From contig OX597829.1 in NCBI GenBank assembly GCA_951406725.2, forward strand, positions 28,086,001 through 28,150,000: a stretch of DNA of 64,000 nucleotides. Reading direction: 5' to 3'. This DNA comes from Octopus vulgaris (Eukaryota). The notes beneath the pieces are model-generated. The model saw nothing but the letters and a program-made list of their open reading frames with translations, was not told the origin of the DNA and searched no databases. This document shows positions 25,753 through 39,051 of the stretch, piece after piece (the first letter of the stretch is position 1; every line of letters starts with the position of its first letter). Made by a program: the position numbers and the translations under genes.

Positions 25753-26094
25753 TTGTAAAAACAGAAAATAATTACAGCAGCTTGCAGAGATTCAATAACA
25801 CCCAGTTTCTACATTAACCATATAATATAGTATTTACATAAAATTATTACCACATTCTCTGACCCCGCTCCACCTCCACCATTGCTGCTGCTGCCCACCA
25901 CCACTGCCATCCTTTCCTTACAAATATAAAACCACATATGGCCAAATATATATTCAGAACAAAAATTTACATATTTCAAAATGTAGTTATATGGTTCGAA
26001 TATAAACCATAGTTGCAGGCATGGCTTTGTGGTTGGAAGGCTTGCTTTGCAACCATGTAGCTTGGATGGATTCAGTCCCAAAGTATTGTTGCGG

Positions 26095-26960
26095 TACGTG
26101 AGAAGTAGCTATCTGATAGCAGAGGGCTTGGGATTTACTTGCATGTTGTTTTCTTCGGCCCATTTATATTTGGAATCTAGGTTGTTCTGTAGAAGTTTAT
26201 CTTTGGAAGATTCCTTCATTGCTTATGCTATTTTTGTGTCATCTGCATAGCTAGTAAGTGTGGTTGTCAACATAACTGATGGCATATTCATTGAGAGGCC
26301 ACCATAAACAGCAGTTGCTTCAAGACAGTTCCTCGAGTTACTCCACTCTCTATTACTGTCTCCATCAGCTGAATGAAGTGGAGCAACATGAAATAAAGTA
26401 TCTTGCTCAAGAACACAACACACAGATTCTGGGAATCGAACTCACTAATTCATGACTGTGAGCCTGATAGTCTAACCACTGTGCCATGCATCTGTGTAAC
26501 ACAAAAAATACATTACAAAGTACACTTACTAAAAATAAACAAACCACATTTGTAACCACTTTCTCAGTCTTCCAACTGTGCGGAGTCTCTGTAGCTTGAG
26601 ACATATCATCCTGTGATCAACCTTATCAAAGGCTTTTGCAAAGGAGAGATTTATCACATCCACTTTTAAGTGATTCCTTAGTTGTTTCAAAACCCTGTCT
26701 TAATGCTGCAAAAGCTGTGTAGGGCAGCTTCATCCTGAGTGGAAACCATGCTGAATGTCAGGGAGCAAGTCATTATCTTTGAGGAACACAATCAATTTCC
26801 TCCTGACAATGAATTCCATGACTTTGCTGACATGGGAAGTTAGAGATACAGGACTATAATTTTGAGCATCTACTCTGCTACCTCCTTAGGTACAGGACAT
26901 ATTATGCCTTCTTTTAACTTTCTGAGAAGTATCCCTGTTGTAAGGAAGATCTGGAAGAGG
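26095..26960 (-). mobile_element. Decayed LINE reverse transcriptase (CR1/L2/Jockey group)
   Basis: YADDTKI motif at about 26230-26250 and upstream FAKAFDKVDH-like motif at about 26615-26645; interrupted at 26366-26552. Confidence 0.75.
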
Positions 26961-27201
26961 ATCTGTTATACCTATATATAATACACACACATACACTAGC
27001 ATACCCATGTCAGCAAAAATGCAGACAGTTTTATTAATGATAGAAAATGGCACATCAACACAATGAGGAAAATTATTAATAAATGTCAGCTATCTAGTAA
27101 ATATATGTACATACACAGAATTGAAGCACTTGAAGAATGAGATATGATTGCAACATCTTGGTTAAAAATATCACCCACATAATGTATGCTTGTGTATATA
27201 T

Positions 27202-27251
<50 letters not shown>

Positions 27252-27314
27252 TACACACACGTATGTACATATAAAAACTTATAAGCAGACATATATATAC
27301 ATACATGCATATTT

Positions 27315-27352
<38 letters not shown>

Positions 27353-27452
27353 ATGTATATGTATATATTTACATTTGTACACCACCACAAACAAAGTGTA
27401 GCCTTGGGCCATGTGTGGATTTGGTAGATGGAAACTGAAAAAAGTCCGTCAT

Positions 27453-28348
27453 ATATCCATATACTAATAAAAGGGAGGTTCAATCTTGCTTACTTGCTTG
27501 CAATGTTACACAACCAAACTAGCACATAATGGGAAAATACTATGAATTAAATTGGCCCTGAAATGTTAATATGAAGAGAATAAATCAAGTTTCACATAAT
27601 TCAGACCAGTAGTTATTGAGATATTTAGGGTTTGGGGGTATAAATACTCAAAACAGTGCATAATGGAAAAATATTCTGAATATAACTTCATCTTGAAAGT
27701 GAAGAAATTACCTTTTGATTAGACACAGTAACTTTTACAATAAAAAATACAATTTGTTTTTTACAGTAAATGTTTCTATTTTCACTTTTGTTAAACACAA
27801 TATTTTAATCATTTAGGAATAATTAAAAGTGAATGTGATTTCAAAAGTGTAAGTTGGTTGTACTGTAAGTATTTATATTTTAGCTTTCTTTAAACAGACA
27901 ATATTTTAATGTTTTTTTTAATTGTTTTCAAGTGAATACCATTACAAAGATATTTTTTTTTGGCATATTTAAAAAAATATTGTGGAGTGAAAATGACTTT
28001 AAAAATATGGTAAATATTTCGTAAAAGACCTGTTTGTAACCTCAGTAAAAATAATTTTTTTCCAAAGGTTTTTTTCAACTGCATTCAATGTATCTTACCT
28101 CCAAAGATTTGGCTGCTATTTCTAGCACGCCCTGCTACCATGTAACAGCTATTTGCGATAAAGGACCTGAAATACTTGTTATTTAGTAGCAGGGCATGCA
28201 AGAAGTAGCAGCCAAACCTTTACTTTTGGGGGGAAAGGAGATGTTTATGCGTGATTTTGATGTCACATTTGTTAAAAGCATGTGAAATAACAAAACTCCG
28301 TTGCTGAGAAACTCAGACTTTCCCAGTGATCCAACAGGTCACAGGTAG
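27453..28348 (+). mobile_element. Possible non-autonomous Helitron
   Basis: 5' atccatatactaataaaag and degenerate 3' ...ggtcacaggtagt resembling a CTAG terminus; no coding evidence. Confidence 0.35.
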
Positions 28349-28459
28349 TCAAGTATGTATATATATATATATATAATTATATTAGGGAGTATATATATTT
28401 ATATGTGTGTGTGTGTGTGTGTATTTTTTACAAATTTGTATGAATGTGTATAGAATAAT

Positions 28460-29072
28460 ATATCAGTTGAACAAAATTTAAACATGGTCTGGTTTTCATG
28501 TTTTTTATTATGGTATTTTAGCATTAAAAAAATATATTTTGTAATGTTCATAAAGCTCAGTTAGCACTTTCATACGTTCATAGTAATCATCAGATTTCAA
28601 AATGTTCTTAACTGACTGTTGAGTTCTTGACAACTGTAGTGCCTCTTAGAATGCTCCAACAAGCTGAATATTTGGAATTGGTTTTGGCCAATCCACATGC
28701 AACTTATACATTATGGTTTTTCAGGTGTACCGATATTACTGGGATAGATCCTGCCTTTATTTTAACCAATTAGTTTGCTGTTTAAATGTAATGGTTTTAT
28801 GTGTTTCAATTGTTTTTATTTGGTTTCAATTGTTTTTATTTCAGTTGGTGAAAATCTTCTGTAATTTGTTTATATTCATATGTTAAAGATATTTTTCAAT
28901 CCACATCATTAACTGGTTGTTATATTATTGTTGTTATTTCTGTTCAGAACAGGTTTGAACATTTTAATAAACCGTTTTTATGAACATTACAAAATATATT
29001 TTTTTAATGTTAAAATACCATAATAAAAGATGTGAAAACCAGACCATGTTTTAGCTTTATTCAACTGATATA
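28460..29072. mobile_element. Element with ~95-bp inverted termini in (TA)n, possible Penelope end remnant
   Basis: 28460-28554 is the reverse complement of about 28977-29072; degenerate minus-strand CTGATGA...GAAA motif at about 28556-28600. Confidence 0.6.
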
Positions 29073-29084
29073 TATATATTACTC

Positions 29085-30415
29085 AAAGCTTTTGACGAAA
29101 TAGAGGGGGACATAGCATCACATGATGTGGAAGACAACTGGAGGTTTCTATGGGACAACCTGCTGAGAGCCACTGACCAGATATGTAGATGGTGCAAAAT
29201 CCTCTCTTGACCCAAGATAATGTGGTGGTGGAACAATGTTACTGACAGGGCTATTAGGGGAATGAAACATGTTTGGGAGGACTGGAAGAATGGTGGTAGC
29301 AGGGAATTTTATCAGACTGCCAGAAGGGAAGCTAGGAGACAGGTTTATTTAGCCAGATGGGAAGCAGATAAGAAAAAATTTGCCAATGTTCTGTGCCATG
29401 AGCTCCAAGACTTGAGGTATTTTGTGTTGTAAGACAGTGTGTGAGAGAGAATCGTGATGTTGTAGGAGAGAAATGTGTCCACATGGATGATAGTTTGCTT
29501 GCATTAAATGAGGCTGCAAAGAGAGAGGTTTGGAGATGCCACTATGAAAGGTTGCTAAATAGAGAGAATGAATGGGAGAAAGAGAGTCTGCCAAATGCCG
29601 ACCCAACAGAGGGACCAGCTATCCAAATTGACAGTACCTTGGTAGATAAAGCAATTAAGAGTATGAAGACAGGGAAAGGTCCCAGCCCATCAAGATTCAC
29701 TGCAGAGATGCTCAAAATATCTGACGGTGTTGGCTATAGCCTAGTTACCTGTAGTCAACCAGGTGGTACAAAAAGGAGTCATACCCAATGACTGGTGTAG
29801 CAGCACTATAGTCAACTGCTATAAAGGTAAAGGTGATGCATTAGATACAAATAATTACAGAGGTATCAATTGTTGGATCAAGTAATGAAGGTCACGGAGA
29901 GGGTCATAGACCAACTAATTAGGGAGAGAGTCAATCTAGATGTGATGTGGTCTGGATTCATGCCAGGGAAAAGCACCACTGATGCTATATTTCTGGTAAG
30001 ACAGCTGCAGGAGAAATACCTAGCCAAAGATAAACCTTTCATTGACATGGAGAAAGCCTTTGACAGGGTCCCCTGATCCCTTATCTTGTGGTCAATGAGG
30101 AGACTAGGGATAGATGAATGGTTAGTGAAAGCTGTGCAAGGATGCTGTACAGGGATGCTGTCAATAAGGTGAGGGTTGGCAAGGAGTATAGTGAAGAATT
30201 CTGAGTATGGGTAGGGGTCCACCAAGGATCAGTCCTTAGCCCCCTCTTATTTATCATAGTTCCCCATGCAATACCAGGAATTCAAGACAAGATACACCTG
30301 GGAGCTCCTGCATGCTGATAACCTTGCTATAATAGCTGAGTTACTACCAGAACTAGAGGAAAAGTTTCAGGCGTGGAAGCATGGATTAGAATCAAAGGGC
30401 TTTAGAGTCAACCTA
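29085..30415 (+). mobile_element. RTE-clade LINE ORF fragment (RT domain, frameshifted)
   Basis: WWWN, GFMPGKSTTDAIFLVRQLQEKY, DMEKAFDRVP, GVHQGSVLSPLLF and LLHADNL motifs. Confidence 0.92.
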
Positions 30416-30839
30416 CCAATGTATGTACATCTATGCCTGTGCCTATATGTCCATGCATGAATGTGTGTGCATATGCTCTTAACATTTTCTAGATCAATGA
30501 AATCACTTTATTGAATATAATATATATATGCCTATTTGCGTGTGTGCGTATGTGGGAAATTAATAAATATGATTTACGATAAAAATTTGATTTCATTTTC
30601 ATTCTCGTGAATTGAGAGTTCACTACAGTCTACCACCTCTGACTGTCACTCACTGCCACTCCGTTTGTTGTTTTACTCTTCTTTCCTTAGCATCTTTGAA
30701 GCAAGACCTTTAAAAGCTGTCATCTGCATTAACATCTCTCCCTATCACCCATTCCCTCTTTGCCTGTTGTTTTACTATTCTTTGTCTTCAGCGTAACTGA
30801 CAGGATCACACTAAGCGTTTTATTATATATGAAGATATA

Positions 30840-31714
30840 TACGCGGTCTGATCAATAAGTATCCGTACTGTTGCAATAGTAAGGAAACTAAAGCACGCAG
30901 AGGGTAACCTCTTGGCAAAGATTGACCTTGAACTCTGCTGTGCATGAGCACTAAGTTTTAACATTCTACTCATTTCTACTGTTTACAGCAGTGCTTGGTA
31001 GGAAGGTGTGTAGTGCATGATTGTTTCATTGACCATGGCAGAGGAAGTTGTCTTGGTGATACCTGCTCAGAGTCCTTCACAAAGTTTCTGAGAGTGTATA
31101 GAAAGGAGTGTGTGAGTCGCACACAAGTGTACGAGTGTTTCAAACGTTTCTAAGCTGGCTGAAAAATGTCTATATTAACAAACGTTCTAGGAGACCTGCA
31201 ACCAGCAGGACTGAGAAAAACATCGCTGATGTGCGTGCAGCTGTGAGGGGAAATCGTCGAATCTCTATCCATAGGTCATCAGAGAATGTGCAGATTAGTT
31301 ATGGTTCAGTTCAGTCCACTATCACTGAATATTTGGGTATGAGACATGTATCTACCAAGTTTGTGTCAAAACTGCTTTCGGCTGATTAAGAAGACACATG
31401 GGTTTCTCTCTTTGCTTATGTCGAGAATGATGTAAACATTTTGAAATATTTGCATAGGCCTCTGAGCAGGTATCGCCAAGCTTTTTGGCAAAATTTGATG
31501 CAGATTCTCTGCTCAACTTTCTCTGTCATGGTCAATGCAATGATCATGCGCTACACACCTTCCTTCCAAGCTCTGCTGTGAACAACTGAAGCAAACTAGG
31601 ACATTAAAACTTAGTGCACATGCACAACAGGGTTCAAGCCAAGCAGCTTCACTCTGCATGCTTTAGCTTCATTACTATGGCAACAGTCTAGATACTTATT
31701 AATCAGACTACGCA
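30840..31714 (+). mobile_element. Non-autonomous mariner with long TIRs and transposase HTH remnant
   Basis: Ends gtctgatcaataagtatc / gatacttattaatcagac with inverted similarity extending over 200 bp; internal RS.RP.TSRT..NI..VR..V..NRR...LGMR peptide. Confidence 0.85.
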
Positions 31715-32104
31715 CATATAATTAGATAATAAGAATAAAAATGGGATTTAAAAATCCTGGCAGATATCAATAAAGCACTCAGTTTTAAATGAATCTGGTC
31801 AACTATGTCAAACAATCGGACACCAATCAATGCAAGTAGAATAAACATCCAAGGTAATTTCTTTTGTCTGACAAGTAGATCCAAATATCATTTAGAAGAA
31901 TTTCGAGAAATTCAGTGTCAGACAACAAAAATACAGATAGAGAAAATCACATCTTTAATTTCAGAATTTACCATACAACACTGGTGATCATCTCTGTTGC
32001 ATCAACTTATTTATGGTAAATTCTACAATTAAAGATGTGATTGTGTCTATTTTTCTGTATTTTTATTATATTATATTATATTATATTGTATTATATTATT
32101 ATAT

Positions 32105-32139
<35 letters not shown>

Positions 32140-32242
32140 CTTTCCTTCCCTGAGCGTCTTCTAATACTTTGCATGTACCACGTCCTCGTGTTGTTGTTCT
32201 TTCTTTGTGTTTGTTCTTCGTTTTTTTGGGGGGTGGGGGATT

Positions 32243-32279
<37 letters not shown>

Positions 32280-32311
32280 GTTTTTTTGGGGGGTGGGGGA
32301 TTTACTATATA

Positions 32312-32346
<35 letters not shown>

Positions 32347-32351
<5 letters not shown>

Positions 32352-32560
32352 AAGTATAGAAGCCATCTTAATATGGCTAACCACATAGGGGAGGGGGTGT
32401 TACTGTAGCTTTATAGCCCCAGGAGATCGTCATCTCCAGCTGGCTTTAGACACCATTTCAGTGCCAGCTGGAGACGACGATCTCCTGGGGCTATAAAGCT
32501 ACAGTAACACCCCCTCCCCTATGTGGTTAGCCATATTAAGATGGCTTCTATACTTTACAT
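32347..32560. repeat. Near-perfect ~100-bp-arm palindrome, Penelope-associated terminal sequence
   Basis: Arms complementary around a short spacer; right arm plus extension recurs at about 47987-48100 next to the GIY-YIG element. Confidence 0.85.
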
Positions 32561-32605
32561 TATCGAGCGATTACTGTTTACATCTCATTCTGAGATTTAA
32601 TAATG

Positions 32606-32642
<37 letters not shown>

Positions 32643-32833
32643 TGAGTGTATTTTTACCTTGTTAGCAATTAACACAGAAAAAATAAATAAATAGTTACCA
32701 GGGTAGCAAAAATCTCACAAGTAAAGATGTTGTAACTCCTTGTTTATAAAGGTAGAAACTTCGTGTTTACGTGGAATATTTTGAATAATATATGAATAAA
32801 TAAATGGAGTTTAACGCAGGTGTAAACAAAATA

Positions 32834-32930
32834 TTTTTACTTTCGACGCATGTTTCGAAAATTCCACTGATACTATTCAAAAGAATAAATGGTATAAACA
32901 ATGCAATCTTCTCTTCGGGAAAGTGAAAAA
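32834..32930 (-). ncRNA. Type-I hammerhead motif with one core substitution
   Basis: Minus strand reads tttttcactttc-CCGAAGA-gaagatt...aattttc-GAAA-CATGCG-TC-gaaagtaaaaa. Confidence 0.65.
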
Positions 32931-33199
32931 AAACGTAACTCGTCAATACGACATTTTAGCAAAAAATGATGGATTTGTATAGCGATAGACAGAACGCTAT
33001 TAATATTGTTTAAAAAAACGTTATATGATATAACATCATAAGTAGCTAACAGAAAGAGTAGGGATATTAATAGTGAATGTTAAATATAAAGGAAATTAAA
33101 GTTTAAATTATATATAATGATAGAGACTACTTATATGCACTAAATGTGTGTTTTTGCCAATGCTTACATCTGTATGCTCGCTTTATAACCGTGTTTACT

Positions 33200-34521
33200 A
33201 GAGTATCTTTAGAAAAAATAATGAAAAATAGCTCAGAATTGCAGAGCTATTTTTCATGAATGAAATTTAATAATATTTTAGTATGTCTAAAGGAATTTAA
33301 AATTATTTTTATGCATTTGTGTACATTTAAACTAATTAAATATTATTTTACAGAATAATAGAATTAAAATTTCTTTGATTAAAACCCTTTCTAACATGGA
33401 AGTATCCAAAGAGCACTTAAGGCGCATAATGCTTAATGAGTACAAAAAAGGAAACCCTGCAGCCAAAGCGACTCGAAACATACCCTCAGTTTATGGGAAA
33501 GAATGCTTGAATGAAAGAACTTGCAGAAGATGGCTTGCAAAATTCAGAAGTGGAGATTTCAGCCTTGAAGATGAAGATCAAACAGGATGTCCAGTTGAGT
33601 TTGATGATAAGCTCCTTGAGGCATTACTTGAAGAAAATCTTGCATTATCAGTTGAAGAATTGGCAATAAAACGTAGTTCAAACCATACAACTGTTCATCA
33701 TCATCTTCAACAACTTGGAAAGTACAAATGTTCATCGTTATCTTCAACAAGTTGGAAAGGTTCCTAAACTTGGAAAATGGGTGCCTCATGAATTGTCCGA
33801 AAGCAACTGCAAATCCCGAGTTGACATCTGCTCTTCTCTCCATTCTTGTGAACTCGTTTCATCCTTTTTGGATAGATGGTGACGAAAAATGGATCTTCTA
33901 TCGAGATGTTAAGCACTGTAAACAATGGCTTGGTAAAAGGGAAAAAGCTCAACCACAATCGAGAAGGGAACTTCATGGGGAAAAAATTCTTCTCTCTATC
34001 TGGTGGGATTGCAAAGGAGTAATTCACTTTGAATTATTACCACCTAATGCAACAATCAATGCTCAAGTCTACTGTCAGCAATTAGAGCGTTTCAACCAAG
34101 CTTTGAAGAAAAAAAGACCCACTTTAGTGAATCGAAAAAGAGTGATGTTTCATCAGGATAATGCGCAACCCCACACTGCAAAGATCACATAACAGAAGAT
34201 CGAAGAGCTTGGTTGGGAAAAAATTCCTCATTCACCTTATTCTCCCGACCTTGCTCCTTCAGACTACCATTTGTTTTGTAGTTTACAGAATCATTTGGGG
34301 GACAACTTTTGCAAGCTAGGAGGAGGTCGAAACTGACATTTTAGAGTTCTTCGCTTTGAGACCAAAAGAGTTTTACATTGATGGATTAAAAAGCTTGTAA
34401 ATAGATGAAAGGAAGTCATAGATAATCAGGGAAAGTACACTGATGGTTAAATTTCAATTAAATATAACATTTTATCACTTGTTTTCTTTATTGAAAATTT
34501 GGACAGAACTTATGGGATGAC

Positions 34522-34527
<6 letters not shown>
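33200..34527 (+). mobile_element. Mariner (DD34D) element with pseudogenised transposase (ATG 33396 to about 34450)
   Basis: HTH, WVPHEL-like, DEKW, HQDNA and YSPDLAPSDYHLF motifs; frameshift by internal duplication and stop at 34190; right TIR ends in (TA)n, left TIR not found. Confidence 0.95.
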
Positions 34528-34565
<38 letters not shown>

Positions 34566-35239
34566 TGTATATATATATATAGGTGCAGACATGGCTGTGT
34601 GATAACAAGATAACAAGCTTGCTTCCCAACTACATGGTCCTGGGCATGGCACCTTGGGAAAGTGTCTGCTATAGCCTTGGGCTGACAAATGCCCTGTGCT
34701 TATTTCTCGTGTGTTTACATATTTTTCACTTGTTGGTGGTGTCCTGTACTTATTGTGAATTTTTTATTTATTTGTAATCGAATACTGCACAGCCTTGTCC
34801 ACAGTAAGTTCTTATGTTTATTTATAATTTCTGCGGCTCCACACTCTGTTTTCTTTTTTTCGCTCTATCCCTTTATAATCGTCTATATTTTCCGTTTCTC
34901 CCCTCCTTCTTTGCTGTCCCCTGCCTATCTTTCTTCCACTCCCCACTATCTTTCATTCCTTCTCCCTTCGTTTCTTTTCCCTCACCCTCTCTCTTGTCTT
35001 CCCTCTGCAGGCCATTTCTTTTCCCATCTTCTCCAGACAAGACGTCAATCGCGCTGGACGTCATTTCTCTCGCCTCCTGACATTTTTTTTCTTCTGCTAT
35101 TTTCTTCTCTTCTGTTTATTCTATAAACATTTTTTTTCTTCTGCTATTTTCTTCTCTTCTGTTTTTTCTATAAACAGAAGAGAAGAAAATGGTAGGTCAA
35201 TATGTAGTTATAAATAAGACATTTACAAAAATATCCTAA

Positions 35240-35308
35240 GGCTTCTTCAGAGGCTAATATAAGTAAAATGAGACATACTTATCTACATGGCCGAAACAGC
35301 TGTAAGAT
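35240..35308 (+). ncRNA. Degenerate hammerhead motif
   Basis: ggct...ataagta/tacttat...ggcc-GAAA-CAGCTG-TA-aga; the CUGANGA core has decayed to cttcaga. Confidence 0.45.
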
Positions 35309-35726
35309 GTAGTCTATATTTATATTTATGTGTACTTATATTTATATTCTCTTATACATATTCTATTTATTGTATAACATTACTCTTTTATGTACACTCC
35401 TTTATGTATACTGTGTTGCTCTACATTATTATGTTTAACCTTATAGTTTCTTATGTGGTGGTTTAATAAAGTATGTGATTGAATATTATCTGGTAATTGA
35501 TATTTGATTTCGATATATATCTCCATTTTCTTATTTTGTATTATGAATTTGTGGTAAAACATTTTACCTTTGCCCATATAATACAGTAAATTAATTAATT
35601 GCATCGCAATTCTTAACATTTATGTATTAACTTTGTTGGGTACTTCACTAGCAGTATATTGGATATATGTTATCCCATGGAGGGTTGCATTTACAACCCT
35701 TATCTCAATTTATATATATATTTATA

Positions 35727-36180
35727 GGGTGTGGTGAATATATTGTCGTCTAAATTACGCAAAAGTGAAAATAACACTGACATCTCGTTTTAACAGATAT
35801 ATTTACCAAAATTACATAAAAATATCCTGCAATCCTAAAGAGTAAATTTATTCAATAAAATCGCCATTGGTTTCAACCACGACCTCCAGACGATTTTGGA
35901 ATCTCCTGCAACTCTTCTGGACGGTCTCCTTGTTGAAGTTGGTGAATGCTGGCGTAATTCTTGCCTTCAGTTCATCTTTGGTGTTACAAGGAATTTTGCA
36001 GATTTCTCACTCAACTGTGCCTCATGCATAATAATCAAGGGAGTTGCAATCTGGGGAGTTAGGTGGCCAGATGTTAGGGGTGATGTGGTCATAAAAATTG
36101 TCTGACAGCCATGACTGGGTTCTCTTCCTTGTGTGGCATAGTGCAGAGTCCTGTTGCCAGACATAGTGTCTTCCATGCAT
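35727..36180 (-). mobile_element. Tc1/mariner-superfamily transposase 3' remnant
   Basis: WQQDSA.CHT and WPPNSPDCNSLDY motifs. Confidence 0.8.
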
Positions 36181-36969
36181 ATAAAATATACATATGTGTA
36201 CACCCATATATACAAGTGTGTTGAGTAATTAATTAACAGACTAATTTTCAGAATGATCCATGGTAGTTCAAAGCATCAACTCTCTTTCTCTTCCTCTCTC
36301 TCTCTTTCTCTTCTTCTCTCTCTCTTTCTCTTCCTATCTCCCTCCCTCTCTCTCCCTCTCTCTCTCTCATTAAACACGTTTTCCATTCTATGTTTTCTTT
36401 CCTCATTTCTTTCTGTCAAAGAGCATAGGCTTGAAATATCAAAGACTCTTCCATTTTTCCTGTCTCTGTCTTAGTTTTTTTTGTCTATTTGAAGTATTAA
36501 TACATACGTGCATACATACATACATGCATACATACATAAATAAATAAAAGTAGTAGTTTGCTGGAAGCATTGTGTATTGTTTGTGAAGTGTAACGTGTCT
36601 GGAATGGCACAACAAGGCAGAGTGGACAATAATAACTGATAGAAATAATTTAATTATTCATAGTCTGATATAATATTTCGAAATATAAAATTCCTTCTTT
36701 AGGTATTTCTAGGAATTAATGAAGTCACTGTTATAGTCGGTTTTCCAACGATTACTGAAATTTGTCAGAAGCGTCCCTGCAGTGGTCTCACAAAGATCTT
36801 TTTAGAATTCCTCATGAGAAGTGCATGTGGACGGTCATGTCTTGAGCTTGTGTGTATTGGCATATCTGCAGCACTGCTTCAAAGTTATGTGTTATAAAGG
36901 CATTTTTTTAAATATAAATAATGTTTTCTTACATGAGCATATTACAACCATGTATGTAGGATGTTGATG

Positions 36970-37490
36970 TTGTTAAATAATATATTGATTGTTAATTTCC
37001 AAACTGTTGTTAATTTGGGGCCCTAGTCTCTCTATGAGGATAGCCTCCTTAATACTTAAATTTCCTAAATTTCTGTCATTGGCCCTAATTGTAACTGTTA
37101 TGGTTTTGTTGGTGTTCCGGCAACTGTCTAGATGTTTTCTAAAGGAGGAGGCTTGTGTGTTTAGATGTTCTTTGTTGCGCATATATAACGGTCTTGTGCT
37201 ACCCACATAGAAATTGTTGCATTTGCTACATTGGATTCACTATACAACATTTACCCGTTGGCATAAATCTGTGTCACAGATGGAGAAGTTAGCTAGTGTG
37301 CATTGATTGCTGTCCCTTGCTTGTTTCTTTGCTAAGTGTCTTCTCAGAGAGGGGCCAGTTGTGTGTCTAATCCTTTCTCTTCTTAGGGCTCTTCAGATGG
37401 CTGTAGTTATCCTCTCACTAAAATGGGGTATTTTAAGGAAGCATGTGTTGCTGGATTTTATTTGTGTTTCATGTGTTTGTCGTCTCAGAT
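36970..37490 (-). mobile_element. Penelope-like element, GIY-YIG endonuclease remnant
   Basis: VV..IQCSKCNNFYVGST-RPLYMR.KEH...IKEAILI...PQIN. Confidence 0.88.
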
Positions 37491-38242
37491 ACTAAAGCCA
37501 ATTCATCATTGATGTGTGTACATAAATACATATAAATACATGCACACAGACAATAACATAGATATGCTTGTACAATAACTAATACTGCTTAAGGTGAAAA
37601 CGATTACCCATAAAATGGATCAAAATTGTTCTTAATGAAAGCATATTCAGTCTAATAGGAAATTGCTAATTGTTAGCCATTGCTATGCTGCCTGGTAACG
37701 ACCTAGTCATGATGAAATAGATCTTTCAACAGAAACCCACTACAAGGATTGCATAGATATGCTCAACAACCTGTTTTTTTTCTTTCTTGAAACAAATTTT
37801 AATTCCATCTTCCAGGCACTGTGCTTGTGTGTGTGTGTGTGTGTACGTGTGTTCATGTGCGTGCATGTGTGTGTATTATGTCTGTAATTGTATGTAATTG
37901 TGTGTATAGTGTATTCTCCAAATTACACACATATGTACTTATGTGTGATTTTCATGATTATATATGTATTTATATATGCCCTTGTATTCATTATATATAT
38001 AATGAATACATGTGTGTGTGTGTGTGTAATATGATATAATATATGTGTTTATACATATTTTTTTGATACAGAACTTACTGGACAATTACAAAGACATGGT
38101 TGAGAATATTGCACTGACTTAATTTACAGTATGTTATGTATATATATATAATATTTGTGTAATGGTGTTGTATATGTGTAAAGATATTATACATATGTAA
38201 TGTTTGTGTTATTATGCGTGCATGTGTTTGTGTGTTTCTGTC

Positions 38243-38287
<45 letters not shown>

Positions 38288-38922
38288 GCTAGTTGTCCAT
38301 GAATGAGACAACTAACTGATCAAAATGTTACCATTTCTTTCCACGTGGAAAATTGTCTCCAGACAGTATTGACAACTCTTTAGATATGCTGGCTCGAAGT
38401 GCATACCTTCCGCCAAGCAATATATTACTTGTATGGCATACATCTGTTCCTCCAACTCATAACAAGCCTTGCACTTTTGCAATCAGCATGTCTGAAGTGT
38501 TGTTGATATTGTCATGTGGCAATATTAACACAAATCAACCATAAAATTCTGATCAGTTATATGCTATAATCAGTAATATATTGTTTGATATGTATGCATG
38601 TGTGTATGTGTATATATATATATATTATGTATATATATTTGTATTTTTACATCGGTATATGTTTTAGAAGGTTGATTGTTATGGTCAATCAGAGACCTAT
38701 AAAGTACTTAGCTGAACAGGCAACTTTTTTTTTCTTTTTTTCTTTTCTATACAACTAAGAGCTTTATATGTGCAAAACCAATGGTCACTCTCTGACCAGC
38801 CATAACAAACACTTTCCTAAAAAATATATTACTAGTCTAATGTTTTAGAGTGTGCTTCTTTTTCGGATTTTAGAACTATTGGCAATTTATATACATATAC
38901 ATATATATATATATATGTATGC

Positions 38923-38960
<38 letters not shown>

Positions 38961-39051
38961 GTATACATATACACACACACACACACACACGCACATACTT
39001 AATTATGTATGTGTGCATATTGTAACTGTATATATACACGTGCACACGTAT

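Noticed and set aside
28725-28790. Next exon of the DUF3105 gene (tttcag|GTGTAC...)
   Set aside because: Lies within an inverted-repeat mobile element and has no supporting homology.
36663-36772. Hammerhead next to the GIY-YIG remnant
   Set aside because: Core is CTGACAA and stem II does not pair convincingly.
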